A stretch of DNA of 64,000 nucleotides from Candidatus Bathyarchaeota archaeon. GTDB taxonomy: Archaea > Thermoproteota > Bathyarchaeia > Bathyarchaeales > Bathycorpusculaceae. The notes under the pieces are model-generated. The model worked only from the letters and a program-made list of their open reading frames with translations, was not told where the DNA came from and did not search any database. The stretch's first letter is position 1. Each line of letters opens with the position of its first letter. A program made the translations under genes and the position numbers. Below are positions 1 through 10,606 of the stretch, in pieces. The stretch is taken from positions 128,001 through 192,000 of the forward strand of contig CAWGZR010000004.1 in NCBI GenBank assembly GCA_963827165.1. Reading direction: 5' to 3'.

Positions 1-842
1 ATGTTTTTCCCAGTTAGCGCGGTAAGGTTTGCAATGAACGTTTCTGTGGATTCAACGCCGATTGGAAGATCCCCAAACTTGGCTGGCATGCTGTATTTTT
101 CCTGCAGATAGTTTGCTGCGCCTTGTCCTTCATATTTGCAAAGTGGTATTGTTCCCTGTGAGTTCGAGCAGTCAGCAATCTCCTGCACTGTTGTTCCTCC
201 ACGGGGGAAATGTGGTTTAGGAAGACGCAGAGGTGCGTTGAGTGTTTGCGAGATGTCGGTGAGGTATAGGCCGGCGATACCCATTTCTGCTATGATATGT
301 TTGATTTCTAAGACGTCGCCTGGGTTAAGCATGCCTGGGATAATGTTGACTTTGCCGTTGGGCACCGTTTTTGGTTCAGCAAGCTGGGTGACAAGCGCTT
401 TTATGGCGTTGTCATAACCGATTATGTGGGTGCCGACGTAGCTGGGCGTGTGTATTCCGACTATTTTTGTGTGCTCGTTGTTTTCGGATTTAAAGGCTTT
501 AATTATTCCGTGAATGTCATCGCCTGTTGTTTCGCTAAGGCAAGTGGTGATAACCGTTATTAATTCTGGGTGTTGACGGGAGATTATGTTGGCTAATGCT
601 AGTTTTAGGTTAATTGCTCCTCCAAAGATGGTTGCTTTCTCATGCAGAGACGTGATGGCAACTTCTATGGGTTCGCGGAAGTGCCGGGACATCAAGTTGC
701 GAGGAAATGTCGAGCAGCCCTGCGAACCATGTATAAGGGGTACGCTACCATGAATGCCTAGGGTAGCCCAGATTGCACCGATTGGCTGGCACATGCGTGG
801 CGCGTTTATAGCGACACTTCTTTGTCTGTTAATTATCACCAT
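1..842 (-). CDS. nifK: Nitrogenase component I beta subunit (runs off window edge)
   Basis: Not in ORF track. Manual translation from ATG at 842 gives MVIINRQRSVAINAPRMCQPIGA...HGSQGC...HFREP...TTCLSETTGDD...TPSYVGTH, with all three P-cluster Cys. Starts 2 nt after the nifD stop. Confidence 0.9.
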   Translation of the reverse strand, partial: MVIINRQRSVAINAPRMCQPIGAIWATLGIHGSVPLIHGSQGCSTFPRNLMSRHFREPIEVAITSLHEKATIFGGAINLKLALANIISRQHPELITVITTCLSETTGDDIHGIIKAFKSENNEHTKIVGIHTPSYVGTHIIGYDNAIKALVTQLAEPKTVPNGKVNIIPGMLNPGDVLEIKHIIAEMGIAGLYLTDISQTLNAPLRLPKPHFPRGGTTVQEIADCSNSQGTIPLCKYEGQGAANYLQEKYSMPAKFGDLPIGVESTETFIANLTALTGKN

Positions 843-844
843 AG

Positions 845-2221
845 CTAATCTGCATCCCGTGTTTTGATAAACTTCCATGCGGGGCTGTAGATTGACTTAT
901 AAATGTCTCTTGCAAAACGTACAAAGCCTTTGAAGACCATGTAGCCGCCTTTGCTTTCGTATGTGTGCCCGTTTAAGAAAGGCACGCCATACTTGTAAGC
1001 CAAATATTTTTCTTTGGTACCGGAGATGAACAAATCTGGTTTGTATTTAACCATCATTTCTTCCAGTTCAGGCGCGTTGGGGTTATCAATTAACAGGGTT
1101 CCATTTTTTACTCGGCTCACGATTTTTTCATAGTCATCTTCATGCCCAAATGTAGTTGCGACAACGTTGAGTTCCATGCCCAGTTCCTCCATGGCTCTTG
1201 GCCAATGCCAACTGCGCGGTCCGCCCTCGTAAATCATCACTTTTTTGCCTTGCAATTTTTCTCTGTAGACATCCATCTCACATTTTATGTCTGCCATTTC
1301 TTTTGCGATGACTTCTTCGGCTTTTTGTTCCAAACCGAAGAATTTTGCAACGGTCCGCAAATCGTCAGCAGTCTGTTGCATGCCGTATAAATCCACTTCA
1401 ACGAAGGGTGTGCCATACTTTTCCTCCATCATTTTAGCTATATACATGGCTGACCGTGCGCATCTTACGACGTTTAGTTTTGCATGGTGCATTTTTGCTA
1501 TGTCGTGGATGGAAGAGTCACCTGTGAAAGTACACACTACCCGAAGTCCTATAGCTTCCAGCAGCGGCAGTATAAGCCAGTCATCTCCTCTGATGTTGTA
1601 TTCTCCGACAAGGTTTATGTCATAAGGCGTCTTGTTCTGGAGTTCTTCTGTGCCCACAACCTTGTTAAACAGAACCTCGTTACCAACGTGGTGCCCTAGA
1701 CTTTGGCTTACGCCGTGAAAGCCCGGGCAGTTGAAAGCTACCACTGGTTTTCCTATGGCGGCGGTTGCACGTTTAGCAACAGCTTCTATGTCGTCGCCTA
1801 TTAACCCGGCAACGCATGTTGAGTAAACGAATACTCCTTGTGAGTTTGGGAAAGCCTTGTTTGCTTCAAGTATGGATTCGTAGAGTTTTTTTTCTCCTCC
1901 AAAGACGATGTTTGATTCGCGCAGGTCTGTGGAGAAAACGTTGACCAGTTGAAAGTTTGTGTCTTTTGCAAGGTTTGGTCGTACGTCCCAGGGATAATAG
2001 CAGCAGCCTATGGGGCCATGTTCCAGTTGAATAACGTCTTTTACTGGTCCACCGACGACGCCTCTGCAGCCAGCGTAAGTGCAGCCTCGCTCAGTCATGT
2101 CGCCTGGGATGGTTGCTACGTTGCAGGCTGGAATGTGGCATTCGTCTTTGTCATCTTTCAGATAGCAGTGTTTTTTTCTGTCTGGCACATGCTTGTCGCA
2201 TTCTGGCAAGATAAATGGCAT
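845..2221 (-). CDS. nifD: Nitrogenase component I alpha subunit (Group III-like)
   Basis: P-cluster Cys in ERGC, HGPIGC and STC. SQSLGHH (Q191/H195), cofactor ligands CARS (C275) and NGHTY (H442), GGPR loop. Confidence 0.92.
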   Translation of the reverse strand: MPFILPECDKHVPDRKKHCYLKDDKDECHIPACNVATIPGDMTERGCTYAGCRGVVGGPVKDVIQLEHGPIGCCYYPWDVRPNLAKDTNFQLVNVFSTDLRESNIVFGGEKKLYESILEANKAFPNSQGVFVYSTCVAGLIGDDIEAVAKRATAAIGKPVVAFNCPGFHGVSQSLGHHVGNEVLFNKVVGTEELQNKTPYDINLVGEYNIRGDDWLILPLLEAIGLRVVCTFTGDSSIHDIAKMHHAKLNVVRCARSAMYIAKMMEEKYGTPFVEVDLYGMQQTADDLRTVAKFFGLEQKAEEVIAKEMADIKCEMDVYREKLQGKKVMIYEGGPRSWHWPRAMEELGMELNVVATTFGHEDDYEKIVSRVKNGTLLIDNPNAPELEEMMVKYKPDLFISGTKEKYLAYKYGVPFLNGHTYESKGGYMVFKGFVRFARDIYKSIYSPAWKFIKTRDAD

Positions 2222-2231
2222 CTACTTCACC

Positions 2232-3128
2232 TCAATCGCTGGATCGACCATAACCACTGAAATGTGTACCGCAGGTTTCCTCCCCAGGCACTCCCATGGC
2301 GTCGGCTCTGCATTGGACGCAGTTGTGAAACTGGAATAGCATGCCTTCGCACAGGTGCCGGATTCTTTGAATTTCCTGCAGAGACGGAGCTGGAATGTAG
2401 GCGAATTTAGCTTGGGGAATCAGGGGCATAATGTTCATTATGTAAGCGCCCATGTCACGTACAGTTCTGGCTACGTCAACTACATGTTCTGAGTTTACGC
2501 CTGGAATGAACACTGAGTTAACTTTGACGACTATACCTGCGTCAGCGGCGGCTCGTAATCCGTCGAGTTGATTTTTGCTAAGGATCTCGAACGCTTTTCT
2601 ACCCAAGTATGTCTTGTTTTGGTAGCGAACGAAAGAGTAAATCTGCTCACCTACCTTGGGGTCTACTGCGTTGATAGTAATTGTGAGGGCTGAAACGCCG
2701 ACCTCTTTTAGTTGGGCAAGTTTTTCTGGTAGCAGCAGCCCGTTTGTTGAAACGCAACGGGTTAAATGTGGAAACTCCTTTTTCACTTGGCGAAGAGTGT
2801 CAAATGTGACGTCGCTGCTAAGTGGGTCGCCTGGGCCAGCAATGCCTACGACACGCAGCCGAGGGTCTTTTTGCACTGCAAACCGCACTCGCTCTATCGC
2901 TTCTTCAGCCGTTATCACTTTGCTTGTAACGCCGGGACGGTTCTCGTTCGCGCAGTCGTATTTTCGAACACAATAGTTGCAGCCTATGTTACATGTTGAT
3001 ACTACGGGAAGATGTAGTCTGCCAAACTTGAAATGCGCTCCGGAACCGTAACAGGGGTGCTCTTGCACTATTTGAGAGCAAATCTTCTTGCGTATCTCTG
3101 ATTTTTCATAGCTAACCATCTTTTTCAC
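2232..3128 (-). CDS. nifB: FeMo-cofactor biosynthesis radical SAM protein NifB (short form without NifX domain)
   Basis: HPC, CNIGCNYC, ENRPG, AGPGDPL, STNG and CVQCRADA motifs. Confidence 0.93.
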   Translation of the reverse strand: MKKMVSYEKSEIRKKICSQIVQEHPCYGSGAHFKFGRLHLPVVSTCNIGCNYCVRKYDCANENRPGVTSKVITAEEAIERVRFAVQKDPRLRVVGIAGPGDPLSSDVTFDTLRQVKKEFPHLTRCVSTNGLLLPEKLAQLKEVGVSALTITINAVDPKVGEQIYSFVRYQNKTYLGRKAFEILSKNQLDGLRAAADAGIVVKVNSVFIPGVNSEHVVDVARTVRDMGAYIMNIMPLIPQAKFAYIPAPSLQEIQRIRHLCEGMLFQFHNCVQCRADAMGVPGEETCGTHFSGYGRSSD

Positions 3129-3983
<855 letters not shown>

Positions 3984-4077
3984 TTACTTCTGTTTTTTTC
4001 AAATTTCTTTTCACCTTGATGTTTTTTCTACTTTCTCAGCTAATGTTTCCGCGTAATTTAAAGCTGGTTATGATTTG

Positions 4078-4094
4078 TTCAGAAAACTTCTGAA
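4078..4094. promoter_or_regulatory. Palindromic operator upstream of nifH (TTCAGAA-N3-TTCTGAA)
   Basis: Perfect inverted repeat. Related copies at 5537, 5609, 6052 and 8521. Confidence 0.6.
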
Positions 4095-4271
4095 AATATA
4101 ATCAAATATCATAGTTTAGCTTATTCAACATCAACGATTGTCGCAGTATTTTTATTTTACTTAGACGTTTGTTGTCATCAAAATATCGTTAAAAATAATT
4201 CCGCTAACGATTACCTGTTTAATGTAAGCTAATGAATACTGTTTACCAAAAAATGAAAGGATGTGATTGAC

Positions 4272-4826
4272 TCACATTTTCTTAGTTGGCTGAGTGCGAA
4301 TGTTTATTTTTGATAGATTTTCTTTTAATTCAGCTTTTATCCCTATCTCAGAAAAGTATCCCTCAAGAAAAAATATTATAAATTTTTTAGTCAATTCCGA
4401 TCTTAAGATCAAGGTAAAATTGTTTTCAGAGGTTTTAATTACCTTAAAGAAATTGCATACTTCTAGTCTATTTAATAAGTCCTCAACTGTTACCACTGTG
4501 TTCTTAAGCTGTCCACCATGAGAACGAGCGACTTCTCTATGCTTCGTCCAGAATGTTTCCTGGTTTTGTGAAGACTCAATAAAATTAAGGAAGAGAAACC
4601 AGTGTTCTATATCTATTATAACGTGTTCTCCATTCGAAAGCAAATTCAGGTATGTTTTCATGTTTTCTGTTGAGATTGCTCTGTTTTCTTGATAAAAATT
4701 TAGGGCTCGTCTTATGATTTCGCTATATGACAGATCGTCTTGTGCACTGATTTTTTCAAGGAAACTTATCATCGCGCCGTCAAGGGCTGCAGTTATCCTT
4801 TTTTGTTTTTTCAAAGTGATCGCCAT
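4272..4826 (-). CDS. Ribbon-helix-helix (CopG-like) transcription regulator with C-terminal domain
   Basis: N-terminal RITAALD...SYSEIIRRALNFY fits the RHH pattern. Confidence 0.7.
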   Translation of the reverse strand: MAITLKKQKRITAALDGAMISFLEKISAQDDLSYSEIIRRALNFYQENRAISTENMKTYLNLLSNGEHVIIDIEHWFLFLNFIESSQNQETFWTKHREVARSHGGQLKNTVVTVEDLLNRLEVCNFFKVIKTSENNFTLILRSELTKKFIIFFLEGYFSEIGIKAELKENLSKINIRTQPTKKM

Positions 4827-4849
4827 GCAACGTTATTTTTTCTTTCTCA

Positions 4850-5266
4850 TCATTTAATTACACAAAGTGAAGCAGCGTCTTCTTTTATTATCTCGAGGGT
4901 AACACTAGGAACAATTCTGTGAATACCATTGATTTTTTGTAACTGCTTGACAAAGGAGACTATTTCCGAGTTCTCTTTGAATTTTGCTGTTAAGATGATG
5001 TCAAAATCTCCTGTTATCTGGTAAACTGATATGATATTAGACATTTTTGATATTGTGCTTTTAATAAATTCAACGCGTCCACTAGTTTGAATAAGGATTA
5101 CTGCAGTGTGGGTATAGCCCAGCTTTGTTGGATCCAGAATAATGGTATATCCCTTTATGATGCCCTCATTCTGTAGCTCTGCTACTCGGTTTATTACGGT
5201 TCCCGGTGCTTTGTCAAGTTTTATTGAGACCTCGCGAAGACTTAACCTACCGTCATCCTTTAGCAT
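4850..5266 (-). CDS. Lrp/AsnC family transcription regulator
   Basis: DGRLSLREVS...TVINRVAELQNEGIIKGY HTH and ITGDFDI RAM domain. The frame extends upstream (IDKLDVQIL), so the true start is probably an upstream CTG. Confidence 0.9.
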   Translation of the reverse strand: MLKDDGRLSLREVSIKLDKAPGTVINRVAELQNEGIIKGYTIILDPTKLGYTHTAVILIQTSGRVEFIKSTISKMSNIISVYQITGDFDIILTAKFKENSEIVSFVKQLQKINGIHRIVPSVTLEIIKEDAASLCVIK

Positions 5267-5536
5267 ATTTAGGATTTGGACGTCTAGCTTATCGATTACT
5301 CCTTTTCTCAGGGTTTGTCACTTCGGTTAATGAATTGTTTTTTTTCTGACTTTTCGTCTCTATTCTTACTAACTTCAATAAACAATGGTACGTGGTCGAA
5401 CGTAACCAAGGATTTCCCAAACGCCTTATTCGAAATATTTTTTACATTAAACATTTGTTAAACTTCACGTTCCAAGTTGTTAACGATATATGCGCTTCTT
5501 AGACACAAAATGTGATATAAGCATAGTTGTGATTTG

Positions 5537-5625
5537 TTCAGAAGTATTCGGAAGAAAGCAACGTTTGTCTTGAATAAACCGATTTTTATCAAGCATATGT
5601 CTTAATTTTTCTGAAATTATATGAA
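5537..5625. promoter_or_regulatory. Two inverted operator copies upstream of the Lrp gene
   Basis: TTCAGAA-gta-TTCGGAA (5537-5553) and TTCTGAA-att-ATATGAA (5609-5625). Both carry the flank TGAACAAATCACAAC, which matches the nifH copy (TGAACAAATCATAAC) at all but one position. Confidence 0.55.
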
Positions 5626-5679
5626 CAAATCACAACCACACTTAAATCCTTTCTTAAGTATTTAGCTATTAAGAAAAAA

Positions 5680-5856
5680 ATGAGTGAAGCGGAAAAATTG
5701 GAAACAAAAGAAATTTGCTGCACATTATTAATAAAAAATAAGGTGCGCTCAAATCTGACGAGAAGACAGAAATGCCCTGTTCTTTCAGAATTCGCAAGAA
5801 GTATTCTATCAAAAAGTGTCGTTGATGCGGAACTTTGGTACTTCACTCACATATAA
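5680..5856 (+). CDS. Small hypothetical protein (58 aa)
   Basis: ATG ORF MSEAEKLETKEICC...WYFTHI just downstream of an operator and TATA-like sequence. No recognisable family. Confidence 0.25.
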   Translation: MSEAEKLETKEICCTLLIKNKVRSNLTRRQKCPVLSEFARSILSKSVVDAELWYFTHI

Positions 5857-6051
5857 AAAAATTAGAGGTGAAAAACGAAGAGTTCGCTAGAAGAAGAGGG
5901 TAAAAAAGCCTTACAATAAATAAGAATATTTAAACAAGAAACGCCCCATTTTTTTTCTCAACAAGAGAAGTCAAGTCTGACGGGGGATTGTTGCAGGCAA
6001 CATAGATGTTGATTCAAGTAATCTTTAAAATGGTGTTCGATCGTTCAACTA

Positions 6052-6295
6052 TTCATAATATTTATGAACATTTCTCAAATCATCTTATATAATGAAATAT
6101 TAATTTAGTTTTAGAGCCAAAACAAAAAATTGGGTGAAAAAGAGTTGAATTTGGGAATCTTTGTATGCGCAGGTTCAGACTTTTTTATCCCACCTTTTAC
6201 ATCATGAGGAATAGGAGTTCGTTCGGGTGCAACAAGTTATAAGAGTAAAGATCAAAGAGGCTTGACTTAAATAGCACAATTGTTTTGGTTGCCAA
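6052..6295 (+). repeat. ~240-bp element, copy A (upstream of cobQ), beginning with the palindrome TTCATAA-tat-TTATGAA
   Basis: Colinear similarity to the reverse complement of 8289-8537 (TGAACATTTCTCAAATC, TTTAGAGC-AAAACAAAA, GTTGrATTTGGsAATC, TTTTGG-TTGCCAA). Confidence 0.7.
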
Positions 6296-6359
6296 TTCCA
6301 TGTAGAAGTTCAACGGTTATGCAGAAAAGTTGTTTAGTATACCCATGTGGGGTTTAGTA

Positions 6360-7919
6360 ATGAAGAAAGCAAAGACTCTGATGATTCAAGGTACAGGCAG
6401 CCAAGTTGGGAAAAGCATAATAGTTGCAGCGTTCTGCAGAATTTTCGCCAAAGATGGGTACAAGGTTGCCCCATTTAAGTCGCAGAACATGTCCCTAAAT
6501 TCCTTCGTCGCCAAAGACGGTGAAATGGCCAGAATTCAAGTTCTGCAGGCATTGGCCGCCTGCGTAGAACCCACTGTTGACATGAACCCGATCCTAGTGA
6601 AACCGAAAGAAATAGGAAAAGACATTCAGTTGATAATACACGGAAAGCCGTACTGCGATGTCGCGGTTGATGACTATTGGCAGCATGGAAAATTTGCTAC
6701 GCTGTTGACCAGAGTGATTGAGGAATCCCTTGAGCGACTCAAGTCAGAGTCCGACGTAGTAGTCATTGAAGGAGCGGGATGCCCCACAGACGATTACTTT
6801 AATGTAAGCGTTGTTAACATGAAGACGGCAGAAATAGCTGAGGCTCCTGTTTTATTGGTTGCAGATATAAACTGCGCCAGAGGAGGGGCTATGGCTTCCG
6901 TCGTAGGCATCCATGAGTTGCTCGATAAAGACGGCAGAAACAGAATCAAAGGAGTGATAATCAATAAATGGGAGGGACGAAAAGATTTTCTCAAGCCATG
7001 CTCTTCAATTATCCAAGAGAAAACTGGATGGCCCATAGTTGGAGCAATTCCTCGCATTGAAGGACTTGTCCTCCCTGATGAAGATTCAATAGGACTAATG
7101 GAAAAAACTGTCACGCACACCGGAACAAATGTCGAAATCGCCGTTATCCGTCTTCCCATGATTTCAAATTTCACGGATTTCCACCCGTTAGAAATCGAAC
7201 CAAATGTAAAAGTGAACTTTGTCGGGTCAACACGGGAATTGGGCTCACCGGATGCCATTGTCATACCTGGAACCAAGAACACTATCCAAGACTTTCTCTG
7301 GCTGAAACAGTCTGGGTTCGCAGAAAAAATCGTTGCCCTTGCAGGGAAAGGTGTTCCAGTGATAGGTGTTTGTGGCGGATTCCAGATGCTCGGTAAAGAG
7401 CTGGTGGATGAAAAGGGAATTGAAGGAGGCCTTCCCACAACTATTAGAGGGCTAGGGCTGCTCGACGTCTCAACAAAATTCGATTTCTACGGCAAGACCA
7501 CCAATCAGCTTGAGGCCGAGATAATAGGATCGGGCCATATATTTGATCAAGTGAGGGGGCAAAGGATTGTAGGTTACGAAATCCACATGGGTTCAACTGT
7601 ACTTGGCGAAAAAGCCAGTTCGATCTTTAAGGTAGTAAAGCGTGACGACAACACATTCGAGAGACTTGACGGCGCATGTGATAATGCTGGCGTTGTCTTT
7701 GGTACATATCTTCACGGTCTCTTCGATGATCCACCGCTAAGGCGGGCTTTAGTTGGGTTTCTGTCTAGAAAAAAACAGCTAAAGACAAGTTTTCACCGTG
7801 AAAAAAACATTGAGAAGATCTGGGAAGAAAATTTGGATAAGTTAGCCGAAATCGTAAGAGCAAATACAGACATGAAGAAGCTTTATGAGGTTACCGGTCT
7901 GTCGCCAGTCAAATGTTGA
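6360..7919 (+). CDS. cobQ: Cobyric acid synthase-like amidotransferase
   Basis: MIQGTGSQVGKS, APFKSQNMSLNS, MNPILVKP, ISNFTDF, GVCGGFQMLG, GYEIHMG, GTYLHG. Confidence 0.88.
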   Translation: MKKAKTLMIQGTGSQVGKSIIVAAFCRIFAKDGYKVAPFKSQNMSLNSFVAKDGEMARIQVLQALAACVEPTVDMNPILVKPKEIGKDIQLIIHGKPYCDVAVDDYWQHGKFATLLTRVIEESLERLKSESDVVVIEGAGCPTDDYFNVSVVNMKTAEIAEAPVLLVADINCARGGAMASVVGIHELLDKDGRNRIKGVIINKWEGRKDFLKPCSSIIQEKTGWPIVGAIPRIEGLVLPDEDSIGLMEKTVTHTGTNVEIAVIRLPMISNFTDFHPLEIEPNVKVNFVGSTRELGSPDAIVIPGTKNTIQDFLWLKQSGFAEKIVALAGKGVPVIGVCGGFQMLGKELVDEKGIEGGLPTTIRGLGLLDVSTKFDFYGKTTNQLEAEIIGSGHIFDQVRGQRIVGYEIHMGSTVLGEKASSIFKVVKRDDNTFERLDGACDNAGVVFGTYLHGLFDDPPLRRALVGFLSRKKQLKTSFHREKNIEKIWEENLDKLAEIVRANTDMKKLYEVTGLSPVKC

Positions 7920-8288
7920 AAAGCTCAAAGACCCCCCTTGAATGATGAGGCGAATCTCACCTGCATTTTTATTTAAATCTGTCTTCTTAACAAGTTTGTG
8001 AAGCGTATTAAGCTCTTATATTAAAAGGTTGATTACCTCGTGGCCTTGTTGCATTGCCAAATAATACGCATAGCAACTTTCTTTTCCGCCGCTCCATGCA
8101 GCAACACCTTTCATTTGGTTTTTACTCTCCGTAAGTTAATTTGTTTGTCAGATTTTTAGCCCATTTTTTCTTGGTTGAGCTGCAATGACCACCAAAGGTT
8201 TGCTAGAGCGAATTAGTGGACGCTTCTTGCGTGCAGTGCATGTTTTGAAAACGATGCAGTTCTCCGAGCAGGAGATGGCTGTTTTGGT

Positions 8289-8537
8289 TTGGCAATCCAA
8301 AATTATCGTACTATACAAGTTTAAGCCACCTTGCCCGATGTTGCTTTTAGCGCCCGTTGGATGCATGAACTGCCATACCCCGTAAATATGAAGGGTAAGG
8401 TAAACAAACTTAAACACGTTAATAACAGGATTGCCAAATCCAACATGCCATATCATCCTATTTTGTTTTGCTCTAAAAAACAAAAGTGTTAGGATAAAAT
8501 ATAAAGCGATTTGAGAAATGTTCACAAATGTTAAGAA
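8289..8537 (-). repeat. ~240-bp element, copy B (inverted, downstream of cobQ)
   Basis: Diverged inverted copy of 6052-6295. Contains a possible 41-aa hydrophobic ORF, MLDLAILLLTCLSLFTLPFIFTGYG... Confidence 0.65.
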
Positions 8538-8744
8538 TAACTATGCAAGTGTCATGCTCTTCGCAGAAAAAATAAAAAACAAACCAAGGAAACATGTTTT
8601 CATCACTGGTGAGTTGATGAAATTAGGCCAAAAATAGCGCACAAGCAAAACCGCTGCGAAGTCAAGCTTGGTAAGCCTCTTGGGTACCACACCCAAAAAG
8701 AGAAACGAACGCGGCCCAACCCTTCACGGGGGCGGAACTTGTAA

Positions 8745-8821
8745 CGGGCCCGGTAGGGATTTGAACCCACGATCTCCGGCTCCGAAGGCCGACACCTTAA
8801 TCCGTGCTAGGCTACGAGCCC
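8745..8821 (-). tRNA. tRNA-Arg(TCG)
   Basis: Reverse complement GGGCTCGTAGCCTAG...CT-TCG-GA...GGTTCAAATCC...CGGGCCCG folds as a cloverleaf. Confidence 0.93.
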
Positions 8822-9091
8822 TTTTTCCATATGAAAACACTAGTTCACGGTGTTAAAGGTGATGCTACGGTTTTATTTAGCTTTTACATTGCTTATTACT
8901 CCGTCCTAGGTGCAATTTTACGGGGTAACGTTTTTTCGGCGGCTAATTCGGGGGTTTAATGGGAACCAAAAATTATGTCAAACTCCTAAGGGCTTCACCT
9001 CCGCAATGGTAAATCCAGCTCGAGTCCCTAGCAAGCGCGTTTGAGGAAAGCTTTTAAGAATGATTCTTTAAGAGTCATCCCCGACTGAAAA

Positions 9092-9322
9092 TTGGAAAAT
9101 GAAATTGTCGTAAAGAAGAAAGGTCAAACTACTATACATGTAAAAATCAGAAAGAAGCTGAAAATTGAGGAAGGAACAAGACTAGAAGTAATAAAGACAG
9201 AAGAAGGTGTACTTTTAAAACCTAAAAAATCCTTCTGGGACACTATAGGCTCAGGATCAGAATTTGCCACAGTGGAAGAAATGAATAAGCTGCTAGATAA
9301 GCTAAGGCATGAAGATGAATAA
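9092..9322 (+). CDS. AbrB/MazE-family antitoxin
   Basis: KKGQTTI..KIRKKLKIEEGTRLEV pattern. Overlaps the downstream PIN gene. Confidence 0.85.
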   Translation: MENEIVVKKKGQTTIHVKIRKKLKIEEGTRLEVIKTEEGVLLKPKKSFWDTIGSGSEFATVEEMNKLLDKLRHEDE

Positions 9323-9698
9323 AGCAGTCTATGATACCAGATTCTTTGTCGAATTCTACTACTCGACAAACCAGCCTTTTCGGCGGAAAATAGAGCAGGA
9401 AAAAAGGCGCAGGGACAAATATGTTTCAACCGTGGCAATTCACGAAATATACAACATCACACTTGCCCGCGAAGGGCGGGAAACCGCAAAACTAAGAGCT
9501 ACTCTAATACCGAAGGATTTTCAAGTGATCCCTGTTGACGAGCAAATCGCTCAAGTTTCCGCGGAGCTAAGGTACAAATACAAGTTGTCGATGGGGGACA
9601 GCATGATGGCTGCGACAGCATACACACTTAAAGCTACCTGTATTTCAGACGATCCTCACTTTAAACAAATCAGCGAAATCGAAACAACCTGGACATAG
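9309..9698 (+). CDS. vapC: VapC PIN-domain toxin
   Basis: YDT, HE, LSMGDSMMAATA and SDDPHF acidic PIN residues. Confidence 0.88.
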   Translation: MKMNKAVYDTRFFVEFYYSTNQPFRRKIEQEKRRRDKYVSTVAIHEIYNITLAREGRETAKLRATLIPKDFQVIPVDEQIAQVSAELRYKYKLSMGDSMMAATAYTLKATCISDDPHFKQISEIETTWT

Positions 9699-9868
9699 GA
9701 AAAGCGGCTGCCTCGCAAGCAGCAAGCCGAGAACGCGCAAAGGTGGGAAGCGGGTTAAGAAATTTTTTTCCGCGTGACTCAAAAGCTAACTGAATATCGT
9801 TTGAAAGTTCGGGATCACTGGCATTTCAACGGATTATGAGTGGAGCAAGGGCCGAGCTAGTTTAACTG

Positions 9869-10534
9869 TTACTGAGAAGTGCCGTCACCAAAAGTGACAG
9901 TAAAGTTGAATGAATTTTTAGAGTTGACAGCCGCCTGAACATTATTTATTCTTTGTTCTATAGTTGGATGGGTATGAGGAAGTAATTTGAAAAGCAAACT
10001 TGTTTTTTGTGGACGAAGCGTCGCCAAGGCGGATATAACGGCGGCTGCACCGACGAACTCGGCGGCACTTAGGTCGGATTCAGTTTCTTGTTTTCTAAAC
10101 CATTTAGCGTTAACATAATACGAGCAAAACAAAAAGAAAATGAAAGACAAAACCACTGCCGATGCCATGTACAGAAATGAGGCAGAGTCAATTAAAAACA
10201 GGTAACCTATCACAACAGCGAGTACCGCTGCGGGAAGAACCGTTCGAGGTAGCCTCTTTGCAATATGCCGTTTTGCTATGTGGTTAAATTCGTGGGCGCC
10301 AATTGCGAGGACCTCATCGGGCGAGAGCATTTGGTAATAATTGGAGTTGAAGACAAGTGCGTCGGAGTAGGCTAAGCAGGGAATGGGAAGAATACTTGAT
10401 TTGTAATAGCGTTGGAGCTTATTTTTTTTGAGGATTGATGTTGCTTTCATACTCTCGGCTAGTGTGTCGAGTGCTTGCATTTCAAATGGTTGTGCTCTAA
10501 GCAACCGCACCATAATGGAGCTCATAAATCCCAT
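9869..10534 (-). CDS. M48/HtpX-like membrane zinc metalloprotease
   Basis: AHEFNH, E..SD, THPTIEQRI and two TM segments. Confidence 0.82.
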   Translation of the reverse strand: MGFMSSIMVRLLRAQPFEMQALDTLAESMKATSILKKNKLQRYYKSSILPIPCLAYSDALVFNSNYYQMLSPDEVLAIGAHEFNHIAKRHIAKRLPRTVLPAAVLAVVIGYLFLIDSASFLYMASAVVLSFIFFLFCSYYVNAKWFRKQETESDLSAAEFVGAAAVISALATLRPQKTSLLFKLLPHTHPTIEQRINNVQAAVNSKNSFNFTVTFGDGTSQ

Positions 10535-10606
10535 TTTCCATCATCCAAACGATTGATGGCTACTATAATGGGTCTTGACTTTTAAGAGCGTACGTGTGTT
10601 ACAACC

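Noticed and set aside
845-2221. V- or Fe-only nitrogenase
   Set aside because: There is no G-subunit gene between D and K (2-nt gap) and no fused G domain, despite the Vnf/Anf-like N-terminus.
6204-6206. In-frame TGA in the small ORF of repeat copy A as a Sec codon
   Set aside because: It aligns to Thr, not Cys, in copy B, and the ORF itself is doubtful.
8148-8525. 125-aa ORF
   Set aside because: It runs through the operator/TATA part of the duplicated element, has no family motifs, and copy A does not keep the frame.
9011-9030. AAATCCAGCTCGAGTCCC as a tRNA 3' fragment (att site)
   Set aside because: It is too short and does not match tRNA-Arg or tRNA-Ile exactly.
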